From the NCBI GenBank assembly GCA_022448945.1, contig JAKVCV010000021.1, positions 6,804 through 70,803 of the forward strand: 64,000 nt of DNA, in the 5' to 3' direction. Made by a program: the position numbers and the translations under genes. The DNA comes from Saprospiraceae bacterium. GTDB taxonomy: Bacteria > Bacteroidota > Bacteroidia > Chitinophagales > Saprospiraceae. Below the pieces are notes generated by a model that saw only the letters and a program-made list of their open reading frames with translations, did no database searches and had not been told where the DNA came from. Every line of letters begins with the position of its first letter. Position 1 is the stretch's first letter. Below, piece by piece: positions 48,692 to 58,595 of this stretch.

Positions 48692-50041
48692 ATGGAATTG
48701 AACGAGTTTGAACGTGTGTATTTTGTAGGTATTGGTGGCATAGGCATGAGTGCTCTTGCCAGGTATTTCAATAGCCTCCAAATTGAAGTGTATGGATTCG
48801 ATAAAGTAGAAACAGTTCTTACAAATACTTTGGTTGAGGAAGGAATTAAAGTGCATTATGATGAAGATGTAAATCAAATTCCTGAAAATGTTGATTTAGT
48901 TATATATACACCTGCAATTCCAAAGGATAATATGGAATTAAATTATTTTTTGAATAATAATTATACTGTAATGAAAAGGGCAGAGGTGCTTGGAGTTATT
49001 TCTAGAAACAAAAGGACTATTGGCGTTGCTGGCACTCATGGAAAGACTACAACTACTGCTATTTTGACACACATATTAAGAACATGTGGGATAAATTGTA
49101 CTTCATTTTTAGGAGGTATAGCTCAAAATTACAATTCAAATTTTGTACATGGAAATTCCGATTGGGTTGTGATGGAAGCAGATGAATTTGATCGCTCTTT
49201 TTTATATCTACATCCTGAATTGGCAATTGTCACGTCTATGGATGCTGATCATTTAGATATTTATGGCGATAAAGTTTCTTTACATAAAACTTTTGAAGAG
49301 TACGTTTTGCAAGTTAGTGACACACTCTTTTATAAACATGATTTACCCTTATATTCAAATATGAATATGGAAATTGAATATGTAAAATATGGTATAAATG
49401 ATGGAGATTGTAGTGCTTTTAATATTCGTTCAGAAGCACCATATTTTGTTTTTGACTGGTCAGGGCCAGAGACTAAAATTGATAATTTGATATTTTCATT
49501 AGCTGGAACGCATAATGTAATGAATGCAACAGCGGCAATTGCTGTTGCCAAAAAACTAGGTTGTAATGACAATAAAATTAGGGAATCTCTTTTGACTTTT
49601 AAGGGTATTAAAAGAAGATTTGAATTGATTGTAAATAATGAAGAACATATATTTATTGATGATTATGCCCATCATCCTGAAGAAATTAAAGTAGCAATTA
49701 GTGCTGCAAGAACTATGTACCCAGATAAAAAAATAACTGGCGTGTTTCAACCTCATTTGTATTCCAGAACTAGAGATTTTGTGAATGGATTTGCAGAAGC
49801 TTTGGACCAATTGGATGAATTGATTTTAATGGATATTTATCCTGCTAGAGAATTACCGATTGAAGGAGTAACATCGCAAATTATTTTTGAAAAGATGAAT
49901 AATCCTAATAAAGTGATGATTCGAAAATCTCAGCTTTTAGATGAATTGAAGGGTAGAGAACTGGAACTATTAATCACACTTGGAGCAGGTGATATAGGTG
50001 CTTTGGTTCCTGATATTGATAAAATGTTGATGGAGAACTGA
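48692..50041 (+). CDS. murC: UDP-N-acetylmuramate--L-alanine ligase
   Basis: The motifs VYFVGIGGIGMSALA, GVAGTHGKTTT and DDYAHHP are present. The ATG at 48692 gives the usual N-terminus, and the listed start at 48644 adds 16 residues. Confidence 0.95.
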   Translation: MELNEFERVYFVGIGGIGMSALARYFNSLQIEVYGFDKVETVLTNTLVEEGIKVHYDEDVNQIPENVDLVIYTPAIPKDNMELNYFLNNNYTVMKRAEVLGVISRNKRTIGVAGTHGKTTTTAILTHILRTCGINCTSFLGGIAQNYNSNFVHGNSDWVVMEADEFDRSFLYLHPELAIVTSMDADHLDIYGDKVSLHKTFEEYVLQVSDTLFYKHDLPLYSNMNMEIEYVKYGINDGDCSAFNIRSEAPYFVFDWSGPETKIDNLIFSLAGTHNVMNATAAIAVAKKLGCNDNKIRESLLTFKGIKRRFELIVNNEEHIFIDDYAHHPEEIKVAISAARTMYPDKKITGVFQPHLYSRTRDFVNGFAEALDQLDELILMDIYPARELPIEGVTSQIIFEKMNNPNKVMIRKSQLLDELKGRELELLITLGAGDIGALVPDIDKMLMEN

Positions 50042-50141
50042 AGAGATTAAATATCTTATTTATATAATTTTTTGTAACGTCTTAAAATTAAATTAGAATT
50101 TAAATAAAAAATAATAAACGATTACTTAACAAAGTAGAAAT

Positions 50142-50936
50142 ATGAAGGTGCACCCGAAAAGATTAAAATGGATTATTAAACAACTATCGAAGATCATAGG
50201 TGTTATAGCAATGCTAATGTTGTTAGTTGCTGCAGTGCAATTTCGGAAAAAAAGTATAGTTGCTAAAGATGGTTTAACGATTTCTATTATAGAAAACGAT
50301 TATAAAAATAAATTTATTGGGAAGCAGGATGTAATTGAAATTTTGTTTCGAGAATTCAGACATGCAATAGTAGGGCAACCTTTGGAATTAATCAATATTA
50401 AAGAGATAGAAAAAGTATTGGAGGCCGATATATTTATTAAAAATGCGGATGTATATATTGATGCATTGAACAGAGTATATATATCTGTAGAACAAAGGGT
50501 GCCGATTGTAAGAATAATTGATGATAAAGAAATTAGTTACTATTTAGATGACGATGGGAAACGTGTTCGAACTTCTCCTAAGTATACTGCAAGAGTTATT
50601 GTTGTTACTGGGAAAGTTGGACCATATAATGATAATTTCATGAAAGAACCTAACTGTCGACTAAATAAAATTTTTGAACTTATAAAATTTATTAATAATA
50701 ATCCTTTTTGGAAAGCTCAGTTTGAACAAGTTCATGTGGATTACAAAGGGGAAGTGTCTTTGATTCCCAAATTAGGTGATCATAGGGTCATCTTTGGAAT
50801 TCCAAATGAAAGCATTGAAGAAAAATTTTATCAATTGGAGGTATTTTATCAGGATGGTTTACCTGTAGAGGGATGGAAGAAGTTCAAAACAATTAATCTG
50901 GCTTATAAGGGTCAGGTTGTTGCTGAAAAAAGATAA
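50142..50936 (+). CDS. ftsQ: cell division protein FtsQ (POTRA domain)
   Basis: It has a single N-terminal TM (IIGVIAMLMLLVAAV) followed by a POTRA/FtsQ-type domain. It sits in the conserved position between murC and ftsA. Confidence 0.8.
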   Translation: MKVHPKRLKWIIKQLSKIIGVIAMLMLLVAAVQFRKKSIVAKDGLTISIIENDYKNKFIGKQDVIEILFREFRHAIVGQPLELINIKEIEKVLEADIFIKNADVYIDALNRVYISVEQRVPIVRIIDDKEISYYLDDDGKRVRTSPKYTARVIVVTGKVGPYNDNFMKEPNCRLNKIFELIKFINNNPFWKAQFEQVHVDYKGEVSLIPKLGDHRVIFGIPNESIEEKFYQLEVFYQDGLPVEGWKKFKTINLAYKGQVVAEKR

Positions 50937-51094
50937 TTTAATCTAAAAAGATTAGGAGGTAATTAGTGATTGCTTTCTTCTCTTTAAGATTCTAAAATTT
51001 TAAAATATATTGTACATAAAACAGGAGGCAAACCCTAAGGAACCTTGTATTTTATGTTTGCACCAATTATTAACACTTTAATAAATATCTGATT

Positions 51095-52411
51095 ATGGAA
51101 AAACAAATTATTGTTGCATTAGACATTGGTACTACCAAAATTTGTGCTATGGTAGGACGAATGGATATGCACGGAAAATTAGAGATTCTTGGAACCGGAA
51201 AAGTTGAATCCGTTGGAGTTCTAAGAGGAGTTGTATCGAACATTGAAAAAACAATAAAAGCTATCTCTGAAGCTATTGCGGAAGCTGAACGTCGTTCAGG
51301 GGTGGAAATAGGGGTTGTAAATGTGGGTATTGCTGGTCAACACATTAAAAGTTTGCAACATCGTGGAATTTTGACACGAAATAGTCTTCACGATGAAATC
51401 TCGCAAGAGGACATTGATGACTTAATTTCTGATATGTATAAATTAGTACTTCCACCAGGGGATAAAATAATTCATGTAATTCCTCAGGAGTATATTGTTG
51501 ATAATGAACAAGGTATTGTTGACCCAATAGGAATGTCTGGCATTCGCCTGGAAGCAAATTTTCACATTATTACAGCTCAAACTACAGCAACCAAAAATAT
51601 CGCTAAATGTGTTCAGAAGTCAGGACTTAAAATGACTTCCCTTGCTTTGGAACCAATCGCTTCTTCTTCGTCAGTTTTAAGTGAAGCTGAAATGGAAGCA
51701 GGTGTTGCTTTGGTAGATATAGGCGGAGGAACTACTGATATCGCTATTTTCCATGAAGGGATTATTCGACATACAGCAGTTGTGCCATTAGGTGGTAATA
51801 TAATTACTAAAGACATTAAAGATGGGTGTAATGTAATGGGCAATCAGGCAGAAAAATTAAAAGTTAAATTTGGTTCAGCTATAGCAAGTGCATTGAATGA
51901 TAACAGAGTTATTACAATCCCAGGACTTAGAGGGCAATCTCATAAAGAAATTTCTGAAAAAAATCTTTCCCGTATAATTCAGGCTCGCATGGAAGAGATT
52001 ATGGATTTAATTTACTGGGAAATCAGAAGATCCGGATATGAAAGGAAATTAATAGGTGGGATTGTTTTAACAGGAGGTGGAGCATTATTAAAAAATGTAG
52101 TTGATCTTGTTGAATTACAGACTGGATTATCTGCTAGGCTAGGTATCCCAACTGAACATTTGGCTCATGGATATGATAAAGAAATTACGAGCCCAATTTA
52201 TTCGACAAGTGTTGGATTGATATTAAATGGGTTTAAAGAACTGGAAAGAGGGTATGTCTATGAAAGTTCATCAAGTTATGCTTCAAATGCTGTTCCTGTT
52301 CTTCTTGGTCAAAAAATTACAGAAGGAGATGAGAAAAGTAACAAATGGTATGAAAAGGTATTTAAACGTACTAAAGAATGGTTTGAAGCAGAGCCAGATG
52401 GTGATCTTTAA
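51095..52411 (+). CDS. ftsA: cell division protein FtsA
   Basis: It shows the actin-fold motifs (IVALDIGTTKICAMVG, VDIGGGTTDIAIF, LTGGGALL) and a C-terminal amphipathic tail (WYEKVFKRTKEWF). Confidence 0.95.
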   Translation: MEKQIIVALDIGTTKICAMVGRMDMHGKLEILGTGKVESVGVLRGVVSNIEKTIKAISEAIAEAERRSGVEIGVVNVGIAGQHIKSLQHRGILTRNSLHDEISQEDIDDLISDMYKLVLPPGDKIIHVIPQEYIVDNEQGIVDPIGMSGIRLEANFHIITAQTTATKNIAKCVQKSGLKMTSLALEPIASSSSVLSEAEMEAGVALVDIGGGTTDIAIFHEGIIRHTAVVPLGGNIITKDIKDGCNVMGNQAEKLKVKFGSAIASALNDNRVITIPGLRGQSHKEISEKNLSRIIQARMEEIMDLIYWEIRRSGYERKLIGGIVLTGGGALLKNVVDLVELQTGLSARLGIPTEHLAHGYDKEITSPIYSTSVGLILNGFKELERGYVYESSSSYASNAVPVLLGQKITEGDEKSNKWYEKVFKRTKEWFEAEPDGDL

Positions 52412-52656
52412 TTGTCCAAATTTTATGTTGAATAACAAAAAACAACAAAGAATTTAGCACTGAATTAAAAAAAAAACCTAAATGTAAACAAACTATTAGT
52501 TTTTGTTCTTAATTTGGTAAATCATTATGCTAAATTGAATATTTCTCTGAGAGAATTATTACCTTTGTTTATCAACGACATATAAAATAAATTGCAAAAA
52601 TTCCCTTGCATTTTATTATTTGGCCTAACAGCTTTAACCCTTGAAAAATTAAAACT

Positions 52657-54105
52657 ATGAAATTCGATATGCCAGATGATTCGAAACCAATTATCAAAGT
52701 TATTGGTGTTGGCGGTGGTGGTAGTAATGCCGTCACTTATATGTATAAAAAAGGTATTGAAGGTGTCGATTTTGCCATCTGTAATACCGATAATCAAGCA
52801 ATGAATCTTAGCAAGGTTCATAACAAAATACAATTGGGCCCATCCCTTACTGAAGGACGAGGTGCCGGATCAAAACCAGAAATCGGTAGAGAATCCTGTC
52901 ATGAATCGATCGAAGAAGTAATGAATTATGTGAAAGATGGTACTAAAATGCTTTTTGTTACTGCCGGAATGGGTGGTGGCACTGGAACAGGTGCTGCCCC
53001 AGTAATTGCAAAAGCTGCCCAGGATCTTGATATTCTTACAGTTGGTATCGTAACTGTACCATTTACTTTTGAAGGACGTCGACGTATGAAACAAGCTATG
53101 GATGGTCTTGCTGAATTACAGAAAAATGTAGATACCCTAATTGTTATTTCTAATGATAAGTTGAGAAAGATATATGGTAACTTGAATTTAAGTGATGCAT
53201 TTGCTAAAGCAGATGATATTTTGATGACTGCTGCTAAAGGTATTGCTGAAATTATTACAGTTCCTGGTTATGTAAACGTAGATTTTGAAGATGTTAATAC
53301 TGTAATGCGTAATTCTGGAGTTGCTGTTATGGGGACTGCTAGTATGGAAGGTGATGATCGCGCAGTGCGTGCTGTTGAGGCTGCTCTCCAATCTCCTTTA
53401 TTAGAAGATAATGACATTCAAGGTGCTCAACATATCTTATTGAATATTACTTCCGGAACCAAAGAAGTTACTATGGATGAAGTATTCGAGATTACAGAAT
53501 ATGTTCAGGAAGAAGCTGGATATGGTACGGATCTTATTTGGGGGAATTGTTACGATGAATCACTTGGTGATCAAATTGCAGTAACAATTGTCGCAACTGG
53601 ATTTGATACTGATATAATTGGTTCAAAAAAGGAAGCAAAAAAAGAACGCCCCGAAGAAGAAAAAATTGTTGTTTCTCTAGATGAAGATGACAAAGGTAAA
53701 CATCAGGTTTCAACAAGTTCTCTTTTAAAGAAAGGAATGGTGTTTGATGAAGGAAGTGCTGAATTGGATCTTTCGCAAAAGAAAGTATCTGAAGATAAAA
53801 TTAATTATTCTGTTGAGGAAGATGCTTCTAAAGAAACTACTATACTCCAGGAAGAGGATTCTCTTAACGAAGATGTAGAAACTTTAGATGATCGTAAACA
53901 ACAGCTTAAAAACCTAAGTGTTAAACTGAATAATCCTGAGGTGTTGAATGAACTTGAAAATCAACCCGCGTACCTTCGTAAAGGTGTAACACTTGATTTT
54001 GTAGAACACTCTTCAGATTCTAATGTATCTAAGTGGACCATTTCTGATGATGAAGAACCTGAGATTAATGATAATAATTCTTTTTTGCACGATAATGTAG
54101 ACTGA
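52657..54105 (+). CDS. ftsZ: cell division GTPase FtsZ
   Basis: It carries the tubulin signature GGGTGTGAAP and the N-terminal VIGVGGGGSNAV. A long acidic linker precedes the conserved C-terminal peptide (QPAYLRKG ... FLHDNVD). Confidence 0.97.
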   Translation: MKFDMPDDSKPIIKVIGVGGGGSNAVTYMYKKGIEGVDFAICNTDNQAMNLSKVHNKIQLGPSLTEGRGAGSKPEIGRESCHESIEEVMNYVKDGTKMLFVTAGMGGGTGTGAAPVIAKAAQDLDILTVGIVTVPFTFEGRRRMKQAMDGLAELQKNVDTLIVISNDKLRKIYGNLNLSDAFAKADDILMTAAKGIAEIITVPGYVNVDFEDVNTVMRNSGVAVMGTASMEGDDRAVRAVEAALQSPLLEDNDIQGAQHILLNITSGTKEVTMDEVFEITEYVQEEAGYGTDLIWGNCYDESLGDQIAVTIVATGFDTDIIGSKKEAKKERPEEEKIVVSLDEDDKGKHQVSTSSLLKKGMVFDEGSAELDLSQKKVSEDKINYSVEEDASKETTILQEEDSLNEDVETLDDRKQQLKNLSVKLNNPEVLNELENQPAYLRKGVTLDFVEHSSDSNVSKWTISDDEEPEINDNNSFLHDNVD

Positions 54106-54343
54106 TATTCTGCATTTTTTAGTATAAAAAGTCATTAAGGTAATACATATGTAAAGTCCCTATTCTGCTTTTTAGGCTGTACTTTGTTCTTATTAGGTCA
54201 GATTTAAAGTTCATGCCAACTGTATATTAATAAACATAAAAAAATACTTATTTAAAATTCATACAATAATCATATAACCCCACATACAAAAATCTAATAT
54301 TCTCAGGCAATAGTTTGCATCTAATAAAAGCAATAGCAATTTC

Positions 54344-54700
54344 ATGTCTAAAATTAATTATAATAATAGGATTTTTAAGGCAATTGTCAATGATGATAAT
54401 GGGTTTGTAACAAATAATACTACCTTTTATTATAGGCAACGAGGTAATGTACTTTGGGGGACTTATGAAGGTGGCGGAATTAATGTTGGTACAATTACAG
54501 GGAAAGTTCTTGATAATGGTAAATTACAATTTAATTATCAACATGTAACCATGAAAGGAGCTCTAATGACTGGTTATTGTGAGTCAACTCCTGAAAAACG
54601 CTCAAATGGGCGTATCCGTCTTTTTGAAAAATGGCAATTTACAAGTGGAGCTCAATCCGAAGGTATGTCTATAATTGAAGAAGTAGTTGCTAAAAGTTAG
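54344..54700 (+). CDS. conserved small hypothetical protein (118 aa); I recall this family being annotated, probably wrongly, as N-acetylglutamate synthase
   Basis: The pattern I recognise from that family is INYNNR.F..v.N..nG.v...T.F.Y.Q.GN.l...Y.GG.I..G...G......G.l...YqhV...G.lmtG.C.S.PE....G.iRL.E.WqwTSG. Recollection only. Confidence 0.55.
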   Translation: MSKINYNNRIFKAIVNDDNGFVTNNTTFYYRQRGNVLWGTYEGGGINVGTITGKVLDNGKLQFNYQHVTMKGALMTGYCESTPEKRSNGRIRLFEKWQFTSGAQSEGMSIIEEVVAKS

Positions 54701-54892
54701 TTGCAACTATTTTAATTTCTCTCATGTTTTATGAATTCAGACCGATATAAATCAGATAAATAAAAACTGAAGGACTTTAGAGGTGCCTATTTTAGATTGT
54801 GTTTCAAAATGTTCTAAAATTTCTGTCATTTACACTCAATTCTCTATTTTTAAAAATTTAACTAGACTTTAACCATCTTTAAATAATTTTAT

Positions 54893-55450
54893 TTATTCCT
54901 TCCATCTAAAGCTTGGATTATCGAATCCTGCAAGATCCAGAATCCTATCAACAACTGTTGCAGCAGCTTCCTCAATATTTTTGGGCTTGCTGTAAAAAGA
55001 AGGGGAGGCTGGGCAGATTATTCCACCCGCTTCTGTAATTATCTTCATATTATTAAGGTGAATTAAACTATATGGCATTTCTCGTGGAACAAGGATTAAA
55101 CGGCGTCTTTCTTTCAGTATAACATCCGCAGCACGGGTAATGAGGTCATTTGATACCCCTTGAGCTATTCTCGCCAATAGCCCCATCGAGCATGGGCAAA
55201 TGATCATTGTGTCATATTTTGCAGACCCTGAAGCAAAGGGCACAAAAAAATCATTTTTATCGTAATAATCAAAAGGAAATTGTGTGTAATCTTTGTTTTC
55301 TAGTTCAATTTCCCAATTCAATTTGGCATTGTCACTCATGATTACCCCTACTTTTTCAGTTTGTGCAGAAAGTGTTACCATTTTGTCAAATAGCACCTTT
55401 GCATAGATAGAACCACTCGACCCTCCAACTGCAATTACTAACTTTCTCAT
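54893..55450 (-). CDS. ubiX: flavin prenyltransferase UbiX
   Basis: It is a 185-aa flavoprotein-fold protein with the motifs VIAVGGSSGSIYA, ICPCSMGLLARIAQGVSNDLITRAADVILKERRRLILVPRE and P-SPSFY. Confidence 0.9.
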   Translation of the reverse strand: MRKLVIAVGGSSGSIYAKVLFDKMVTLSAQTEKVGVIMSDNAKLNWEIELENKDYTQFPFDYYDKNDFFVPFASGSAKYDTMIICPCSMGLLARIAQGVSNDLITRAADVILKERRRLILVPREMPYSLIHLNNMKIITEAGGIICPASPSFYSKPKNIEEAAATVVDRILDLAGFDNPSFRWKE

Positions 55451-55743
55451 TTTTTTTTGTTATTTTTGAATGACATTGGTCGTATTAGTTTAAAATTTTT
55501 CTATTTCAAATTTTTATAACCAAGATTATTGTTATTTGAATACTGTTATACAAATATATGTTATTTTAGGTTCATATTTTATTCTTTGTCAGAACTACTA
55601 TTATAGCTGATCAATTTTGTTTTTTTGATATTATAATGTTATAAATCTTTTGGGAAAGTTAAATATCAATACTTATTAATATTATAATCTTAGGTATTCT
55701 TACACAACCTAAATTCATTCCACGACTTTGAAACTGTCAAAAT

Positions 55744-56349
55744 ATGAAAAATACTTTACTTTCACTTATTACATTTTCGGTTATTTTAATTGCATTCGCT
55801 TTCACTTCTCCAGCTTTCAATTTTTCTGATTCAATGCCAGGAAAAAATGTTAAATGGATGTCATGGCAACAAGCTGTTAATGCCGCAGAAAAAGCAAAAG
55901 CAGAAGGTAAAACTCCTAAAAAGGTGTTTGTAGATATTTATACTGATTGGTGTGGGTGGTGTAAGAAAATGGATGCGGAAACCTTTGAAGCACCAGCTGT
56001 TTCGGCTTATCTTAATAAGCACTTTTATCCTGTCAAATTTAATGCTGAACAAAAACAAGAAATTGAATTTGGAGGTAAAACTTTTAAATTTATTGCAAAT
56101 GGCCGCAGAGGATATCATGAATTAGCAGCTGCTTTATTGGCTGGTAAAATGAGTTATCCTACTGTTGTTTTCCTCAATGGAGATTTTCAACTAGTTCAAA
56201 GAATACCAGGTTACCTTAATATTGAAACTTTTGATATGATTATGCACTATCTTGCAGAAGATCATTATACTAATACTTCATGGGCTGATTATCAGAAAAA
56301 ATATCAGAAACAACAAAAAAATACTTCTTCTACTTCTAATAAAAACTAA
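55744..56349 (+). CDS. secreted thioredoxin-fold protein (DUF255/thioredoxin_7-like) with a CxxC motif
   Basis: It has a signal peptide and the motif VFVDIYTDWCGWCKKMD, which is typical of this family. Confidence 0.8.
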   Translation: MKNTLLSLITFSVILIAFAFTSPAFNFSDSMPGKNVKWMSWQQAVNAAEKAKAEGKTPKKVFVDIYTDWCGWCKKMDAETFEAPAVSAYLNKHFYPVKFNAEQKQEIEFGGKTFKFIANGRRGYHELAAALLAGKMSYPTVVFLNGDFQLVQRIPGYLNIETFDMIMHYLAEDHYTNTSWADYQKKYQKQQKNTSSTSNKN

Positions 56350-57266
56350 TGCCCCTAAAGGTTTTAATAACTGGTTCTTCAGGTTTTTTAGGTTGGAATT
56401 TTTGTAAAAAATTTCAAAATGTATATAATTTAGTAGGCACCTATTTTCGACATCAGCCAAAGGATCTTAATATTGATCTTGTTCATATCAATCTGATTGA
56501 AACACCTTTAATATCTGATCTTATTCTACAGTCAAAACCTGATGTTGTAATACACTTAGCTGCTATTGCAAATAGTGCATATTGTGAAGATCATCCTGCA
56601 CTTAGCCATCATGTTAATGTTTATGCTACATTAGCACTTGCAAAAGCAACGGCATTGCAAAAAATTCCCATGATCTTTGCTTCTACCGATTTGGTTTTTA
56701 ATGGTAATGCTGCACCCTATAAGGAGGATGATTTTTGTTTTCCGTTATCTCAATATGGAATTCAGAAGCAAATGGCAGAAGAATCACTTTTAACAGATTT
56801 TGAGCATGTTATTATTGCGCGCTTCCCACTCATGTTTGGTTTTACACCTATTTATACGCATAACTTTTTTAGCAGCTCTTTGCAAAAATTACAGGAAGCT
56901 GATTCAATCAATGCTTTTACGGATGAATTTCGAAGTATGATCAGCTCTGAAGTCGCAGGTCAATGGATTCAACGTCTTATTGAATATAGCTTATCGACAA
57001 AGCCTGGTGATAGAGAAAGAATTTTTCATGTTGGGGGAGTAGATTACTTGTCCAGATATGATTTTGCCATGAAAATGGCTGAAGTATTTAAACTGGATAC
57101 CAACTTGATTATTCCTACATTGCAAAAAGATTTAAATTTAATTCCTCAAAGACCAGAAGATGTATGTCTTAATTCAAGTTTAGCAATAAGCGTTTTAGGG
57201 TATACCCCGATAGATATTGATGAACAACTTAATTATCTTTATCTTTCAATACAAGAAAGTTCTTAA
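56349..57266 (+). CDS. NAD(P)-dependent SDR-family sugar-nucleotide reductase/epimerase (RmlD-like)
   Basis: It has the Rossmann motif VLITGSSGFLG and the catalytic YGIQK (YxxxK). The start overlaps the upstream stop (TAATG). Confidence 0.75.
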   Translation: MPLKVLITGSSGFLGWNFCKKFQNVYNLVGTYFRHQPKDLNIDLVHINLIETPLISDLILQSKPDVVIHLAAIANSAYCEDHPALSHHVNVYATLALAKATALQKIPMIFASTDLVFNGNAAPYKEDDFCFPLSQYGIQKQMAEESLLTDFEHVIIARFPLMFGFTPIYTHNFFSSSLQKLQEADSINAFTDEFRSMISSEVAGQWIQRLIEYSLSTKPGDRERIFHVGGVDYLSRYDFAMKMAEVFKLDTNLIIPTLQKDLNLIPQRPEDVCLNSSLAISVLGYTPIDIDEQLNYLYLSIQESS

Positions 57267-57532
57267 AGCTATTCTTCTTTTTCTTTTTGCTATATATAGG
57301 TAGTGTTTTTTGGAATATTATAAATAAATGAACATATGTTGGTATAAAATTATGTTAATATATTTTTTAATCTAATTTGTTCCCTTTTTGAGTTGGGTAT
57401 ATTTTCTATAAAATTAGTTTTCATTAAGCCTTTTTTTGGATTATATCGTCTCTAATTTTATATTGCCACTAGTATATAAGATTCCATCACCTTTTTATGT
57501 GTTATATTTTTGATTTTTAAACGCTAAATGAA

Positions 57533-58213
57533 ATGAAAACAAATCTTTTTTTCTTCTTTTTAATGATTATAGTATTATTTTCAGCTTGTTCTAAAAGTAT
57601 TTATAATCCTAAATCACCTGATTATTCACCTATTGTAGAACTTACTACAGATTATGGCAATATTGATATAATGCTATATGCAGCTACTCCTAAACATAGA
57701 GATAATTTTGTTAAACTAGTAAAACAAGGGTTTTACGATAGCTTATTATTTCATCGTGTTATTAATAATTTTATGATTCAGGGTGGCGATCCAGAATCAA
57801 AAAATGCTGAACCAACTAAATTATTGGGTGGGGGTGGTCCTGGCTATACTATTCCTGCCGAGTTTGTAGATAGTCTTATTCACATTAAAGGAGCTTTAGC
57901 AGCAGCTAGAATGGGAGACAATGTAAATCCTCAAAAAGAATCTTCTGGATCTCAATTTTATATTGTTCAGGGTCAAAAGGTTAAACCTTCTCTTTTGACG
58001 CAAATGCAATCTCGTAATGGTATTAATTATTCTACTGAACAACAAAAAGCTTATTCTGAATTAGGAGGCACTCCTCATTTAGATGGAGCATATACTGTAT
58101 TTGGACGAGTCATAAAGGGTTTAGAAGTTATAGATAAAATAGCAAATGTAGAATGTAATAGATCTAGACCAGTAAAAGATGTTATTATGAAAATAAAAAT
58201 AAAGAAAGGATAA
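57533..58213 (+). CDS. cyclophilin-type peptidyl-prolyl cis-trans isomerase, lipoprotein
   Basis: It has the lipobox LFSACS and the cyclophilin motifs FHRVINNFMIQGGDP, GSQFYIV and YTVFGRVIKGLEV. Confidence 0.9.
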   Translation: MKTNLFFFFLMIIVLFSACSKSIYNPKSPDYSPIVELTTDYGNIDIMLYAATPKHRDNFVKLVKQGFYDSLLFHRVINNFMIQGGDPESKNAEPTKLLGGGGPGYTIPAEFVDSLIHIKGALAAARMGDNVNPQKESSGSQFYIVQGQKVKPSLLTQMQSRNGINYSTEQQKAYSELGGTPHLDGAYTVFGRVIKGLEVIDKIANVECNRSRPVKDVIMKIKIKKG

Positions 58214-58236
58214 TTTTTTATCTTCTTTTAAATAAA

Positions 58237-58274
58237 ATAGCCCTTCTGAAATCTTTTCAGAAGGGCTATTTTAT
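58237..58274 (+). terminator. Rho-independent terminator after the PPIase gene
   Basis: The perfect 15-bp stem is ATAGCCCTTCTGAAA / TTTCAGAAGGGCTAT, with a 3-nt loop (or 14 bp with a 5-nt loop), followed by TTTAT. It is preceded by an A-run. Confidence 0.8.
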
Positions 58275-58284
58275 ATTTGAGTAA

Positions 58285-58324
58285 AAGAAAAGGACTTATG
58301 TGTATTCCCATTCACATAAGTCCT
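58285..58324 (-). terminator. minus-strand intrinsic-terminator-like hairpin (distal repeat copy)
   Basis: Read on the minus strand, the 12-bp stem-loop is followed by TTTTCTT. On the plus strand no T-run follows. Confidence 0.45.
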
Positions 58325-58377
58325 AAATCACCCCAATTAAAACCCAAATTTAATCTTTGAGGATTCGAAAAAGGTTG

Positions 58378-58417
58378 AAGAAAAGGACTTATGTGTATTC
58401 CCATTCACATAAGTCCT
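58378..58417 (-). terminator. minus-strand intrinsic-terminator-like hairpin (proximal repeat copy)
   Basis: It has the same structure as the distal copy, at a 93-bp offset, and is followed on the minus strand by TTTTCTT. Confidence 0.45.
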
Positions 58418-58578
58418 AAATCACCCCAATTAAAACCCAAATTTATTTTTCAATTAACTTTTTTCTAACAGTTGATTCTAAGTAACAAAGTACCAAACGA
58501 GTGCCACATATTTAATCTTCTATATATCAATACACTATAGATTTGTATTTTTTTAATTCAATTCCATTTTGGGGCCTT

Positions 58579-58595
58579 TTTTCAAAATGAAAATG
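58579..58595 (-). promoter_or_regulatory. third copy of the 17-mer TTTTCATTTTGAAAAAA (minus-strand orientation)
   Basis: The plus strand reads TTTTTTCAAAATGAAAA at 58579-58595, whose reverse complement is identical to the two copies at 1488-1542. Confidence 0.3.

Larger units (their letters stand above)
58285..58445. repeat. tandem direct repeat: two identical 68-bp units (58285-58352 and 58378-58445) separated by 25 bp, each containing a perfect 12-bp hairpin
   Basis: Direct reading gives the unit AAGAAAAGGACTTATGTGTATTCCCATTCACATAAGTCCTAAATCACCCCAATTAAAACCCAAATTTA. The internal stem is AGGACTTATGTG / CACATAAGTCCT with a 10-nt loop. Confidence 0.9.

Noticed and set aside
52525-52833. 102-aa minus-strand ORF spanning the ftsA-ftsZ spacer and the ftsZ start
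   Set aside because: It overlaps the conserved ftsZ N-terminus on the opposite strand and has no recognisable features. The 245-bp ftsA-ftsZ spacer is more simply an internal promoter or UTR region.
58499-58512. Sigma-54-like TGGCAC element on the minus strand (also TGGCAC at 1616-1621 on the plus strand)
   Set aside because: The -24 GG-containing hexamer is present, but the -12 TTGC element is not at the required spacing in either case (TGGCAC-tcgtt-TGGT and TGGCAC-agttt-TCCA). I treat these as chance hexamer matches.
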